Shown: positions 1 through 12,637 of the stretch, piece by piece | Numbering within the stretch: position 1 is the first letter of the stretch | Layout of the letters: each line of letters opens with the position of its first letter | Assembly: GCA_951406725.2 (NCBI GenBank) | Contig: OX597834.1 | Span: 23,994,001 to 24,058,000 of the forward strand | DNA: 64,000 nt | Direction of reading: 5' to 3' | Source of the DNA: Octopus vulgaris | Taxonomy: Eukaryota | Position numbers and translations under genes: made by a program | The notes under the pieces: generated by a model | Seen by the model: the letters and a program-made list of their open reading frames with translations, nothing else | Told to the model about the DNA's origin: nothing | Databases searched by the model: none

Positions 1-52
1 AGTTGAACCGTCCAACCCATGCTAGCATGGAAAGCGGACGCTAAACGATGAA
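1..52 (+). mobile_element. SINE family C 3' tail (cut by window edge)
   Basis: CCGTCCAACCCATGCTAGCATGGAAAGCGGACG..AAACGATG matches the 3' end of the other family C copies (12990-13046, 61100-61147). Confidence 0.8.
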
Positions 53-57
53 GTTGA

Positions 58-258
58 TAAGCTGGCAGAATCAACATGCTGGGCAAAATGATTAGCAATA
101 TTTTTTCTGGTTTTATGTTCTGAGTTCAAATTCAGCTGAGGTCAACTATGCCTTTCATCCTTTCAGGGCTGATAAGATATAGTACCAGTTGACCATTGGT
201 GATGATGAAATCAGCTTGCCCCTTCTACAAAATTGCTGGCCTTGTGCCAAAAATTATT
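58..258 (+). mobile_element. Old tRNA-derived SINE, family A (Nin/Deu-like body, older tail)
   Basis: A-box-like TGGCAGAATC, B-box GAGTTCAAATTC, GCCTTTCATCCTTTCAGGG..AGTACCAG domain, tail TTGCTGGCCTTGTGCCAAAA. Confidence 0.75.
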
Positions 259-944
259 ATGATTACCATGTCACTTAAACTGGGTCTTTAGCTTCTTTGG
301 CAATAACAGCCATCAATTATTCTTCTCACCCCTGCTATTTTGTTACCAAAATAGGAAAACAAACCCATTTCAAGTAAGAAGTTTTAACTATTCTACAACC
401 AACAAACAAGAAAGAAAATGTAATTGCAACAGTAAAAAGGGAATAAAAAATATAATAATGTAAATAATAATGCAGATCTTCTCCACCGTCGCCACCATCA
501 TCACCAGTTGCAGAACCCTCCCCAGACACACCACCACTTGTTGTAGACCCTCTCACCACCACCAGTTACAAATGTAAAATTGCACTAGTTTTTCATGAGA
601 TGGATAAAGAAAATCCATAGTTGCAGCATTGATCCAGTTGACAACACCAACGTTAAGTGACAGCAGCAGTTTATTGGTCAAAATCAATGGGAACCTTTCA
701 CATAAATGGGTTATGTCTAAGTTCTCTACTCAAGGTGTTAGTGAATATTTCACTAACTAGCAATAAATGTTGTTGTTGTTGAGGCCCTGATGGAGCAAAC
801 TTTAATAAAAAATATTCCAGTCATGCCCTTCCTAGCTTTCTCCTGAACATTGTCTTGGATTACATTATGCAATGTATCCCCACCCCATGTTGAAGATGGT
901 ATGCAGTATTTTGAGAGAGATGTAACTGCTATTACTAGCCAGTT

Positions 945-1290
945 ACTTTTACTTTTACTTGTTTCAGTCATTTGACTGTGGCCATGCTGGAGCACCGCCT
1001 TTAGTCGAGCAAATCAACCCCGGGACTTATTCTTTGTAAGCCCAGTACTTATTCTATCGGTCTCTTTTTGCCGAACCGCTAAGTGACGGGGACGTAAACA
1101 CACCAGCATCGGTTGTCAAGCAATGCTAGAGGGACAAACACAGAAAAAACACATACATATATACGACAGGCTTCTTTCAGTTTCCATCAACCAAATTCGC
1201 TACAGCAGAAGACACTTGCACAAGATGCCACGCAGTGGGACTGAACCTGGAACCATGTGGTTGGTTAGCAAGCTACTTACCACACAGCCA
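945..1290 (-). mobile_element. tRNA/CORE-like SINE, family B (internally deleted)
   Basis: Reverse complement of TGGCTGTGTGGTAAG..GGTTCAGTCCCACTGCGTGGCA..GCAAGTGTCTTC..TGACTGAAACAAGTAAAAG seen in full copies. Confidence 0.85.
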
Positions 1291-1381
1291 TGGTTAATGG
1301 TGCACACTGAATTGTACAAGGTTGATATTTGGGTGATAGTGTGGTTGGTAGTCTGACTGTCTGGATGGTGAGATACAGTTG

Positions 1382-1805
1382 TTTTTAAAATTACTTTCAA
1401 GTGAATACCATTACAAAAATTCTTTTTGGCATAAATATTTTGTAAAAGACTCATTTGTAACCTCAATGTGGAATAATTTTTTTCCATGGGTGTTTTTTGA
1501 GTGCATTCAATGTATCTCACTTCCAAAGACTTGGCTGCTATTTCTAGCATGCCCTGCTACCACGTAACTGCTATTAATAATAATGATAAAGGACCTAAAA
1601 TACCTGCTATGTAGTAGCACGACGTGCAAGAAATAGCAGCCAAATCTTTCCTTTTCTAGGGAAAGGAGCTGCTTACATGTAATTTCAATGTCACATTCAT
1701 TGAAAGCATGCAAAATAACCTGGGAAAGAAAAACCCATGAAACAAAACTCCATTGCTGGGAAACTCAGACTTTCCTGGTGACCCAACTGGTCACGGGTAG
1801 TCTAG
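1382..1805 (+). mobile_element. Non-autonomous Helitron, 5'-truncated
   Basis: Homologous to 6030-6405; ends in hairpin GTGACC-CAACT-GGTCAC followed by CTAG. Confidence 0.7.
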
Positions 1806-2023
1806 TATACTATTAAAAATGAACTTCAATCTTGCTTGCTTGGAATGTTACTCAGCCAAATCAGCACATAACGGGAAAATAATTTGAAAGTAAGGTGTCC
1901 CTAAAATGTGAACACAAACAATAAAACAAGTTTCGCGTAAATCAGATCACTGGTTTTTGAGCTAAGAAGTGGGGTTCAGGTACTTCGAACTATTGGTGAC
2001 ACAACAGGTCACAGGTAGTCTAG
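1806..2023 (+). mobile_element. Non-autonomous Helitron, internally deleted, tandem to the previous copy
   Basis: Starts TATACTATTAAAAATGAACTTC (same as 5581) and ends GTGAC..GTCAC..GTAGTCTAG|T. Confidence 0.7.
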
Positions 2024-2131
2024 TGTTTATATGTCTAATGTTTATATGTCATATACACTATACATCTCATAACCTACATATACATCATAAATGTCAAAAT
2101 GTCCTCCTTGGTTTGTTGTCCAACTCTAACC

Positions 2132-2334
2132 TATTTCTTTATTACCCACAAGGGGCTAAACAAGGGCAGACATAGGTATTAAGTCGATTACTTCAACCCC
2201 AGTGCGTAACTGGTACTTAATTTATCGACCGTGAAAGGATGAAAGGCAAAGTCGACCTCGGCGGAATTTGAACTCACAACATAATGACAGACGAAATACG
2301 GCTACGCATTTCGCCCGGCGTGCTAACGTTTCTG
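2132..2334 (-). mobile_element. SINE family A (young)
   Basis: Near-identical to other A copies; B-box and Nin/Deu-like domain on the minus strand. Confidence 0.9.
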
Positions 2335-3337
2335 TTATATTAACACAACACTAGTGTACAATGTCATCTAGCAGAATGTATAACGAAAGTGGATACTGTA
2401 CAGCAGTTGTGTATGTGTGTCATATCTCTTGGTGTATATGTTTGTGTACATCTATGTGTGTATTTTGTATGTTTTGAGTCTGTGCATGCATGTTGTATAT
2501 GGCTTTTGTGAATCTTCCATACTGCAATTGTTTTGTTTACAACTCACTTTTACAGAGGAAATGACTGGTCTTGCAAGTACAATTCTGAAAATAAGTCATC
2601 ATCATCAATAGTACCACCACCAACAGCATCCTTATCCACTACCACAGACACCATCACTACCATCAATCAGCTGTTATCAGGTGACTACAATCTTTCACTA
2701 CATGCTATTGCTTTCCTAATCTGTTATGGTCTGATGATTAATCCTGGTTATTGAAATTTCTAAACAGAATTTGAACTTAGAATTCAAAGAGCAGGAATAG
2801 ATAACATGATTCCGTCACTCTACCACCCCGGAAACGGTTCATTATTCTCACCCTTTGACTGGGTCCTCACATTTCACCCTTGATGGTTTATTCACTGAGG
2901 TCGCAGTCAAGTCAATATAATCAATAATTTCCACCTCAGGTTTTGAGTCCCTTTATCAGTAAATGTATGTTTCTGTTGTTTTTCAATAACTTGATTACAA
3001 TAGCAAATAATGAATGTGTATGTGTGTGCATGAGTTACATAGTATCTTACTACTCATTACAGCTGCACACCCATGTTATCTGTCACACAAAACAACACAA
3101 CCTCGTTGTTTTGGAATGGTTTTTTTCGGCCTGGTAACCTTCCTATCACTTTACAGATGGGTTGGGTGCATTTTATGGTGCCATCAACACTAGAACAATT
3201 ATAGGGGGCAAGCTATGTGTCAGAGTTACTGCCCTTTAGGAAAGGGTGGTCTGTGAGGTATTTTGTGATGGGTTTTATACATGCATACCATTTCATGTGT
3301 ATGTATGTACATATGTATACATGAGGGAAAAAAAGTC

Positions 3338-3638
3338 CTATAGCTTAGTGGTTAAAGTATTTGGCTCACGATTGTAAGGTCATGTGTCCAATTTCTGGTG
3401 GCATGTTTTCCTTGAGCATAACATAACTCCAGTCAATTCAGTTAGCAAAATTGAGCTGTACCTGTAAATTCAAAGGGCCAACCTTATCACATTCTGTGTC
3501 ACACAGAATCTCCTTGAGAATTACATTAGGGATATACATGCCTGTGGAGTGCTCAGCCACTTGTATGTTTATTTCATGAGCAGGCTGTTTCATTGATTGG
3601 ATCAACTGGAACCATCACTATCATAACTGATGGAGTAC
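3338..3638 (+). mobile_element. Old tRNA/CORE-like SINE
   Basis: TAGCTTAGTGGTTA A-box-like head, TCCTTGAGCA..CTCCAGTCAATTCAG CORE-like body; degraded. Confidence 0.5.
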
Positions 3639-3647
3639 TGATATATA

Positions 3648-4509
3648 CAGGGTGCGGTGAATAAACTGTCTAAATTACTCAAAAACGAAAATAACACTAA
3701 CATCTCATTTTAACAGATATATTTACCAAAATTACATAGAAAGATCTTGAAATACTAAAGAGTACATTTATTCAATAAAATCGCCATTGGCTTCAACCAC
3801 AGCCTCCAGACGACTTTGGAATCTTCTGCAACTCTTCTGGACAGTCTCCTTGTTTAAGTTGCTGAATGCTGCCATAATCCTTGCCTTCAGTTCATCTTTG
3901 GTGTTACAAGGAGTTTTGTTGGTCTCTCACCCAACTGTGACCCACATATAATAAAGAAGGGGTGGCAGTCTAGGGAGTTAGGTGACCAGATGTTAGGAGT
4001 GATGTGGTTGCAGAAATTGTTTGACAGCCACAACTGGGTTCTCTTGCTTCTGTGGCATGGTGCAGAGTCTTGTTGCCAGACATAGGATCTTCTAGCAGCC
4101 ACCCTCTTGACCAAGGGCAGCACTACCTCCTCCAGGCTCTTGATGTAGGCCTCCATCTGAGGCCATGTCGAAAGATGAATGGAGGTATAATGACACCATC
4201 ACTAGTGATCATTCCAAACACCATGATGTTGACTGGATGTTTAATTCTTATTACTCTTGGTATATATCCTCAGATTGACACCCAAACACTCTGAAATGTT
4301 CGTATTTGAGCTTCTGCCATGAATGTCAAGCAGTACAGCATGTCATTTCCAAATTTCTGGCAGAGTGAATTGCGTCATGGTGCTGTTTTTCACACAGATG
4401 GTGCCCAACTGACCCTACTATACTGCGTAGTCGACAAAATAAAAAACAAACCATGTACATGTGTGAAATTACAAATATAAAATGGTGACAATTAACCCAT
4501 CACACTCTG
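3648..4509 (-). mobile_element. Tc1/mariner superfamily maT (DD37D-type) element, internally deleted
   Basis: TA|CAGGGTG..CACTCTG|TA degenerate TIRs; minus-strand peptide YVWQQDSAPCH..WSPNSLDCHP..DELKARIMAAF..RLEAVVEANGDFIE*, frameshifted. Confidence 0.8.
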
Positions 4510-5065
4510 TATCTGAGAATGTACGCAGATCAAGATCTGTATGTGTGCGGCATGTGTGTGTGTGTATTATCAGACACATATATACATATTTAATAAAAAT
4601 ACCCAAGAGTATTTAGCTTCATAATGAAATGGATAGAAGAAGACCATAAAATGTGTGTTAAAGGTTGATGTCAAGATGCTTAAGGTTAAGTAATTTAAAG
4701 AAAACATGCAAAGATAAAATGGTGACGAAGGTTGACCTCAAGAGTTTGGTTGTAGCTAAAAAATGAAATGACTAGGAACTGTAATAAATTGTCAGATGCT
4801 GGGCTGAAGAAGGTTATTCTAACCCAGGCACACTTGAAAAAACAGGAAATTCAAAGAATCAAGCAGAACCCACAGTAAGTACTCTGGTCAAAAACCCAGC
4901 TATCAGGTCACCAAAGTAATTTAATAACAAATGTATTTTAACAGGATTAAGCACCTAAAAATTCAGGATATACGAACAGTACTGTTGCTGTTGTGGAGTA
5001 TATAATAAACATAGAAAAGTGTTATAGGCAAAAAGTTATCATATTTCTGTAGAGGTTGAAGGCAA

Positions 5066-5240
5066 TGAGTTGGCAGAATCATTAGCAAACCGGGAAAAAT
5101 GCTTAACTGCATTTTGTTCTGCATTCAAATTCCACCAAGGTCAACTTTGCCTTTCATCCTTTCAGGGTCAGTAAAACAAGTGCCAGTTAAGCACTGGGGT
5201 TGATGTAATAGACTTACCCTCACCCCCAAAATTTGAAATC
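5066..5240 (+). mobile_element. Old SINE family A
   Basis: TGGCAGAATCATTAGC..TTCAAATTCC..TTGCCTTTCATCCTTTCAGGG domain. Confidence 0.75.
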
Positions 5241-5576
5241 TATAATTTTGTAGAGGTTACAGCTGTTTTATAATCTACTCAGAGCTACATCATCAACTTC
5301 CATGCAGAAATATTTACACACACAAATATATATACTGAAGTCAAAACAATGCAATTTTTAAAAATAAACAGGTTAACAGTTTTGCCTGGTATTTCAGTAT
5401 TGCAGAGTTAGGACTTCCACATCAGGAAATCTATGGAGAAAAGTTGTTATCACTGATTTTTGTGTCCTGTAGTGTCAACAAATAACTCTTTTCCATAGAT
5501 CTCCCAAGAAAGAGGTCCTAAGCTAGACATGTCATCCAGTTTTAATGCATATGTATAAATGTGTGTGTGTGTGTAA

Positions 5577-6405
5577 TCTATATACTATTAAAAATGAACT
5601 TCAATCTTGCTTGCTTGGAATGTTACACAGCCAAACTGGCTCATAATGGGAAAATAATTTGAAAGTAAACTGCCCCAGAAATGTGAATACAAATGGAATA
5701 AAACAAGTTTCATGTAAATTGGACCACTGGCTCTTGAAATAGGGTGTGGTATAAATACCCAAAACAGTGCATAATGGGAAAATACTCTGAAAATAACTTA
5801 ACCCTGAAAAGGAAGAAACTCTAACCTTTCGATTAGACACATTATAATGGGCAAAAGTCTAAATGACTAACTTGCCAATGAAAAAATACGATTTGTTTTT
5901 ACAGTAAATGTTTCTATTTTCGCTTTGTTAAACAATATTTTTATCATTTAGAAATATTTTTGAGTGAGTGTGAAAGTTGTTTGTACAGTAAGCATTTATA
6001 TTTTAGCTTTCTTTACACAGACAATATTAAAATTTTTTAAAAATTATTTTCAAGTGAATACCATTACAAAAATTTTTTTGGCATATTCAAAAAATATTTC
6101 AAAGTGAAAATGACTTCAAAAATATGGTAAATATTTCGTAAAAGACCCATTCATAACCTCAGTGTGAAATAAAGTTTTTCCACAGGTTTATTTTGAGTGC
6201 ATTCAATGTATCTCACCTCCAAAGATTTGACTGCTATTCCTAGCACGTCCTGCCACTATGTAACAGCTATTTGTGATAAAGGACCTGGACCTGAAATAGC
6301 TATTACGTGGTAGCAGGGCGTGCAAGAAATAGTAATCAAATCTTTCCTTTTTGGGGTAAAGGAGCCGTTTACACGTGATTTTGATGTCATATTCGTTGAA
6401 ATACA
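5577..6405 (+). mobile_element. Non-autonomous Helitron, 3' end missing
   Basis: A|TCTATATACTATTAAAAATG 5' end; colinear with 1806-1960 and 1382-1712. Confidence 0.65.
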
Positions 6406-7094
6406 TATATATAAGAGTGTGTATTTCAAAGACTATTTTAGTATGTGCAAATAAACCACCTCACTTCTTTCTACTGAGTTGCTATGGAGACATCCAGTTA
6501 ACTGACCCATGTAATAGCATGTAAAACATGCAGAAAACAAGCATTAGCTGTAACAAAGACAATGATGATGATGATGATGATGATGAAGACAATGGAGACA
6601 TGATGATGGTGATGATGTCGAGGGTTACATTTATGATTATGATGATGATGATGCTTTAACTACAGTCCCCTGCCAACATTAGCACTACTCTTTTCGCTCC
6701 ACCTTTCCAACCGAATGAGAACTCTCTCTCACCCTCAACCTGTCAATACAAACACTGAACACTGCCATTCATGTTTCCCCACCCACTTTACACACCACCC
6801 CACATCTAATACTCTCTCTCTCTCTCTTTCACCACCACCACCACAAACTTTCACAGAAACACACAAATAGTTCAGCTCCATGGAACTGTACTTCATGCAT
6901 GAGTGCACCATTCCGCAACAGCTATTGATTCTACAAGTTTCGAAAGATCAGCCAGCACGGTCTGAAAATACCATTAATCTTCACATTGTATGCAGCATCA
7001 TAAATGGTAACCATAGACAGCTGGAAAGGCACTGACAGATCACTTTGAACATCAACCAGACTACACACACACATTACATATGTAAATATGTACT

Positions 7095-7270
7095 TGTTGC
7101 TTAACCCTAGGTGAGCCCTGATCTAGCAGATCTTTAATTAAAGGTATTGTAGACATCCAACAATTTTTATGCATTAGGGATCCAATACATCCTTTACTGT
7201 TTTTTATTACTTTTTTCCAGGCCCCTCCGTATGATTTGAGGGAGATTTGGGAGCCATTTCTTGACTGGGA
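7095..7270 (+). repeat. Dispersed ~180-200 bp repeat, family D (representative copy; many degraded copies on both strands)
   Basis: TTAACCCTAGGT.AGCCCTGATC.AGCAGA.CT..ATCAAAGG..GATTTGAGGGAGATTTGG..GCTATTTCT. Recurs near 9060-9460, 10030-10210, 11610-11740, 15520-15710, 16215-16585, 34710-34860, 57150-57380, 59350-59480, 61150-61320, 62160-62350. Confidence 0.65.
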
Positions 7271-7573
7271 GAACACAAACACGGTTTAAACAGTAGGCTT
7301 GGCAGGAAAGAAACGTGCCTTTAAGCAGTACAAAAACAACAAAAAATGGAACGTGCAGTTATGTACAGGTTGACGGAAAAATAGCAGGACAAAAACGGCT
7401 TTATCGATCGCATTCTCACCTGGAATCGATTTTTGTAATTTTTTGAAGACTTAAACATGCCTTGATACTGTCGGTATCTACATATCAAATTTGAATGCAA
7501 TTGGATGGAGGATGCCCGAGATCCTAGAAGACACACACACACACAGACAGAACGGATTTTATATACATATATA

Positions 7574-8068
7574 TGTTGTTGTTGACATCCTTTTTCGCAT
7601 AAAATAATCTAGTCCAGCTTTCACATTTCATATCCTAATACATCTCCTGCTGTGGCTATGTAGTCCTATCCTGAACAAACACTCCCTCTGTCAGGTGCCA
7701 CAAATGTAGCGAAGACTTTGCCTGGCTGGTTGTACTGTCATAGTTTCTTGTTGACGTCTTTTCTTGTCCTTCCATTTCTCCTCTCTCTCTCTGTCACTCC
7801 TTTGTATTCCCTCTTTTACGGTACGTTGCCAATCTCCACGGTTGCTAATATTGATGTCGTAGGCCTTCATGTCCCTTTTGCAAACATCCTTGTATCGTAA
7901 GAACGGTCTTCTCATAGACCTAGTGTCCCTAGAAAGCTCTCCATGTCCTTGGGGATTCTGCCATCTTCCCTATGGCTAACATGTCCAAGCCATCTCATAT
8001 GTCTTTGTGTGAGGAGTGCAAACATGCTTGGTATTCCTGCTTGCTTGAAGACATCTTTGTTGGGGATA

Positions 8069-8070
<2 letters not shown>
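7574..8070 (-). pseudogene. RTE-clade LINE 3' fragment (ORF C-terminus plus tail)
   Basis: Minus-strand peptide IPNKDVFKQAGIPSMFALLTQRHMRWLGHV..DGRIPKD..RPFLRYKDVCKRDMK..C..RIGLHSHSRRC and a (CAA)n tail; frameshifted. Confidence 0.85.
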
Positions 8071-8113
<43 letters not shown>

Positions 8114-8116
<3 letters not shown>

Positions 8117-8297
8117 TCATCATCATCATCATCATCATCGTTTAACGTCCGTTCTCCATGCTAGCATGGGTTGGACGGTTCGACCGGGGATCTGGGAAGC
8201 CAGAAGGCTGCACCAGGCTCTGGTCTTATCTGGCAATGTTTCTACAGCTGGATGCCCTTCCTAACGCCAACCACTCCACGAGTGTAGTGGGTGCTTT
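8114..8297 (-). mobile_element. SINE family C (RTE-like (ATG)n tail), 3' part
   Basis: Reverse complement of GCACCCACTACACTC..TTAGGAAGGGCATCCAGCTGTAGAAAC..GGACGTTAAACGATGATG. Confidence 0.85.
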
Positions 8298-8312
8298 ATA
8301 TATATATATATA

Positions 8313-8495
8313 GGGAGAGTTTACGAAAAAAACAAAAGACGAAGACAGGTGGTGTACAAAACAAACAGATGTATTAGTATAACGCTCAGGAATAGAAAAC
8401 GTCTTACGTTTCGAGCCTACGCTCTTCTACAGAAAGGGACACAGAAAAAACAAGGAGAGAAAAAAAATGTGTGTAGTGGCTAACGATCTATCATG
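8313..8495 (-). mobile_element. Family E: Penelope-like non-autonomous repeat with minimal hammerhead-like motif (8401-8436)
   Basis: Minus strand reads CTTT-CTGTAGA-A-GAGC-GTAG-GCTC-GAAAC-GTA-AGAC; homologous to 21415, 23113, 33830. Confidence 0.7.
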
Positions 8496-9096
8496 TATAC
8501 ACACACACACACAAATATGTATGTTAATGCAATAGAAACAATTGTTGGATTTATAAGGTGAAATCTATAATAAAGATATAATTTTCTCTGTACCAATTTT
8601 TTCACATATATACAGATGTGCGTGTGTGTAGTAACAGTAATCACATATTCACTCAGAGATAAACAATCTTCTCTACCACCACTATAGTCAATGTCCAACA
8701 TTATCACTGAGACTGTCAACAAAGACACACACACTCCATTTATTTCTGTGTCCTGATGGCTGTTCTGTCAATCTGAAACAGATATGTGTTAGCTGAATTG
8801 AATGGACCTCAAGTACTTTACCCAACAATACAACTTGCCTCCCATGCTGGGACTTAAACCTATGTACTTATGGTTGACATTCCAGTTATACAGATCATGT
8901 ATCTTTTCAACACAGTTATCAGGAGTCCTGTGAAGGTTACCTTTGTCCATGTCATTCACCCTAATTATCAACGAAGACTTATGATTAAAGGTTACTGGCT
9001 ACTATTTCTAACTGGTTGAGCAACCCCATAGTAATACAAATGACAATAATTTTCGATGTGTTTGCTGACCTCAAGTCAACCTTGATTCAACAGACC

Positions 9097-9327
9097 TATT
9101 TCTTTATTACCCACAAGGGGCTAAACACAGAGGGGACAAACAAGGACAGACATAGGTATTAAGTCGATTACATCGACCCCAGTGCGTAACTGGTACTTAA
9201 TTTATCGACCCCAAAAGGATGAAAGACAAAGTTGACCTCGGCGGAATTTGAATTCACAACGTAACGGCAGACGAAATACCACTAAGCATTTCGCCCGGCA
9301 TGCTAACGTTTCTGCTAGCTCGCTGCC
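9097..9327 (-). mobile_element. SINE family A with 20-bp TSD, inserted in family D
   Basis: CCTTGATTCAACAGACCTAT duplicated at 9080-9099 and 9326-9345. Confidence 0.9.
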
Positions 9328-10499
9328 TTGATTCAACAGACCTATCATCAAAGAAGCTCTAACCAAGACCATTCCATCTGCGTTTCAAACACAGTATCTA
9401 CATTATCCAGTGTATCTAATGTGTAATTTGCGAGACACTTAGCTGCTATTTCTTGTGGATGAAACTGTGAAGGATTGTCTTCCTCTCTGGGAGGAATTAA
9501 TCAGCTAAGTAGTACTTAACTCTATTAGAACTGAGCAGGTTTGTTTTTATTTCTTTGAAATATGGCAAAGTGGTTAGAATGTTTGACCTATGATCACACA
9601 TTCAATTTCCATGCAGGTGTCCTTGAGCAAAGCACTTCATCTCAAGCTGCTTCAGTCTATTCAAATGAAAATGAAAGGCAGCTAAGGAGGATGGGTTAGT
9701 TAACCCAGCATCCAGTCAAGTGGTTGTTTTGTATAAATCGGTTAATGCTTAAAATATTGGGATAAGCCCCAGCCCAATAAGGCTGTAGACTTTAGGAAAA
9801 GAGGGTACAGGTCACCATGACCACCACCACTGCTCTATATGATTCCTAACTGTATGCTGGAGTGCACCATTTCATCATCAGTCCAGTAAAGACATGAGAG
9901 AACTGGATAAAACTGGTGTGGGAGGTAGGTATGGTGGCCTAGTTGTTTGACTTTCTGTTTGTTATAGAACAGTTTGATCAGTGCCAACTACACAGAAACA
10001 ATAACAATATGAACCGACAAGTATGTCTTTACAATGGTCACTCACTCTGCTAAAAATAGCAGCCAAATCTCGATAAAGTCACACCATACTGGCTTAAAAG
10101 ACAAAGTATACATGAGATATTGTTAGCACTTATTTCCAAAGTGACAGGTTGGTCATCACTGGAAAGTCTTTGATCATATGTTTACTTAGATATAACGTGG
10201 TTAAACAACAATACCAATCCTCTGATAGATGGACAAAGCCCAACAGTTATTTTTTAAACAACCTGATGAAATTTTTGGAGAGGGGAGATCATGAATAGAT
10301 TTGTATTGTTGCAGGACAGTGGTCAGTGGAGGGTGGACAATTACATGCAGAGGAGATATCTAGGCTGGAGGAATTGTAGAAAATTGTGGTAAGAAAGAAG
10401 TAATTTCAGTGTAGGAATGATGAAGGTAGGGTGAGGACAATAGTGATGTAGGGGGTACAGTTCCAATGATTGAAAGAAAAGAAATTTCAAAATGTTCAC

Positions 10500-11045
10500 A
10501 GGCGTAGCTAAGTGGTAAGTTAACTTCCCAACCACATGGTTCCAGGTTCAGTCCCACTGCATGGCACTTTGGGTAAGTGTAATCTTGGGCCAACCAAAGC
10601 CCCGTGAGTGAATTTGGTAGATGGAAACTGAAAAAAGCCCGTTGTGTGTGTCCCACCTATTTCTTTACTACCCACAAGGGGGTTAACCAAGAGGGAACAA
10701 ACAAGGACAGACAAACGGAATAAATCGATTACATCGACCCCAGTGCGTAACTGGTACTTAATTTATCGACCCCGAAAGGATGAAAGGCAAAGTCGGCCTC
10801 GGCGGAATTTGAACTCAGAACGTAATGGCAGACGAAATACGGCTATGCATTTCGCCCGGCGTGCTAACGATTCTGCCAGTGTTGATATGTTTATGTCCTT
10901 GTAACTTGGTGGTTTGGCAAAAAGAGACTGATAGAATAAGAACCAGACTTAAAATAAAAATAAGGATTAGGGTTGATCCATTCAGCTAGAAGTGTCCTAG
11001 CCCAGTATGGTTGCAGACTGATGACTGAAACAAGTAAAAGATAAA
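10500..11045 (+). mobile_element. SINE family B interrupted by a family A copy (10658-10879, minus)
   Basis: B head 10500-10655, A copy, then B 3' half ending TGACTGAAACAAGTAAAAG. Confidence 0.8.
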
Positions 11046-11134
11046 AAAGTTAACTTGAAACACAGAGAACACTGTGTGTAGTTAGTAATAGGGTTAGACT
11101 TTACCACAAATACTGCAATGATTTTAATACCATC

Positions 11135-11354
11135 TGTTTCTTTATTACCCACAAGGGGCTAAACATAGAGGGGACAAACAAGGACAGACACACGGATTAA
11201 GTCGATTATATCGACCCCAGTGCATAACTGGTACTTAATTTATTGACCCCCAAAAGGATGAAAGGCAAAGTCGACCTCGGCGGAATTTGAACTCAGAACA
11301 TAGCGGCAGACGAAATACTGCTAAGCATTTCACCCAGCATGCTAACGCGCCGCC
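11135..11354 (-). mobile_element. SINE family A
   Basis: Matches the A consensus throughout. Confidence 0.9.
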
Positions 11355-11988
11355 TTCTAAAGCCATCACCAATGCTGTCACCACTACCAGGATTCTCTTT
11401 CTCCACAAGGTCAAAACTTATTTTCAGTTAAAAATAGCTTTATCAATTTAGTTTCTCATTATCATTACAAAGTTAAGATTAAAACATCCCAATTCCAGAA
11501 TTAATTATTAAAATTAGCCAACAAACATTTTCGTGGATCTATTTTCAGAAGTAGACAAGGCTGGAGTTTGAACTTTCAGCATATGAGATCAAAGAGGGAG
11601 AGGCTTCAATGCAGTTGCTAGACATGAGAAAAATAACAGCCAAATCTCCTTCAAATTACAACCTACTGTCTTAACAAGGTCACATTGGATAATCCAATCC
11701 TCTTGTAAACTTTATACAGTAGCCATAGCAGAAATACCTTAAACTCTTTAGCATTAAACCAGCTAACAACATCTTTCTACCCTCTGCTGGCCAATACCAG
11801 TCATATGTCAGGATCAAATGAATCAACTGCACATACACATATGTGTATACATATATATATATCTGTGTGTATATGTGTGTTTGTGTATGTATACATACAC
11901 ATACGTGTACCTACCTTGTTTACCTTAATATAAAGAATGCCTATGAAGATTAAAACAATAAATGTAAATATATATATATGTTTGTATG

Positions 11989-12031
<43 letters not shown>

Positions 12032-12637
12032 ATATATATATATATATATACATACACACACACATCTAAACATGCATGCACACGCACATACAGACTTATG
12101 CAAACTTAATATAATCACACTGCATGCACACATACATATACATCTTAGGTATGTGCTACAGTAGAGGTCTACTATTTAAGTCAACTGATTTGGGTGTTCT
12201 TAGCCACACATGCTATTTGTGAAAATAACAAAGATTATTTCTATATCATTGTTGATACTGTTTCTGTTCAAGTGTAAGCTTATGTTTTTTATCAGTGTCC
12301 AAATTTTGAGATAAAATAACTTTTTAAGAGTTAGTTTAACCACCAAGAGTAAAACATTGCCACAAACCAGTGTAAACAATCAACACATCTTAAAGTGTTT
12401 TTGTCCCCATTCTATATGCAAAGCAAGAATAATTTTGCCGTTAATTTCACTCAATGTAAAGCCTTTTGGCATTCAAAATGGTCTGTGTTGTTTAACATGG
12501 TCATATTTAATATACTGAATTCAAAAAATTTGAGGAATTATGTTCATCAAACATCAAAATATTTGAATTTTTGAATAATTGATTTCCTGTATTTAATTAG
12601 CATTCTTTATAATAAATTGAACATCTTTTTTGGCACT

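Noticed and set aside
4795-4910. CTGAAGA plus hairpin as a hammerhead
   Set aside because: No GAAA box or cleavage triplet after the stem.
8650-8800. Minus-strand acceptor with CTAAC branch point
   Set aside because: All frames from the acceptor hit stops early; could only be a non-coding exon, unsupported.
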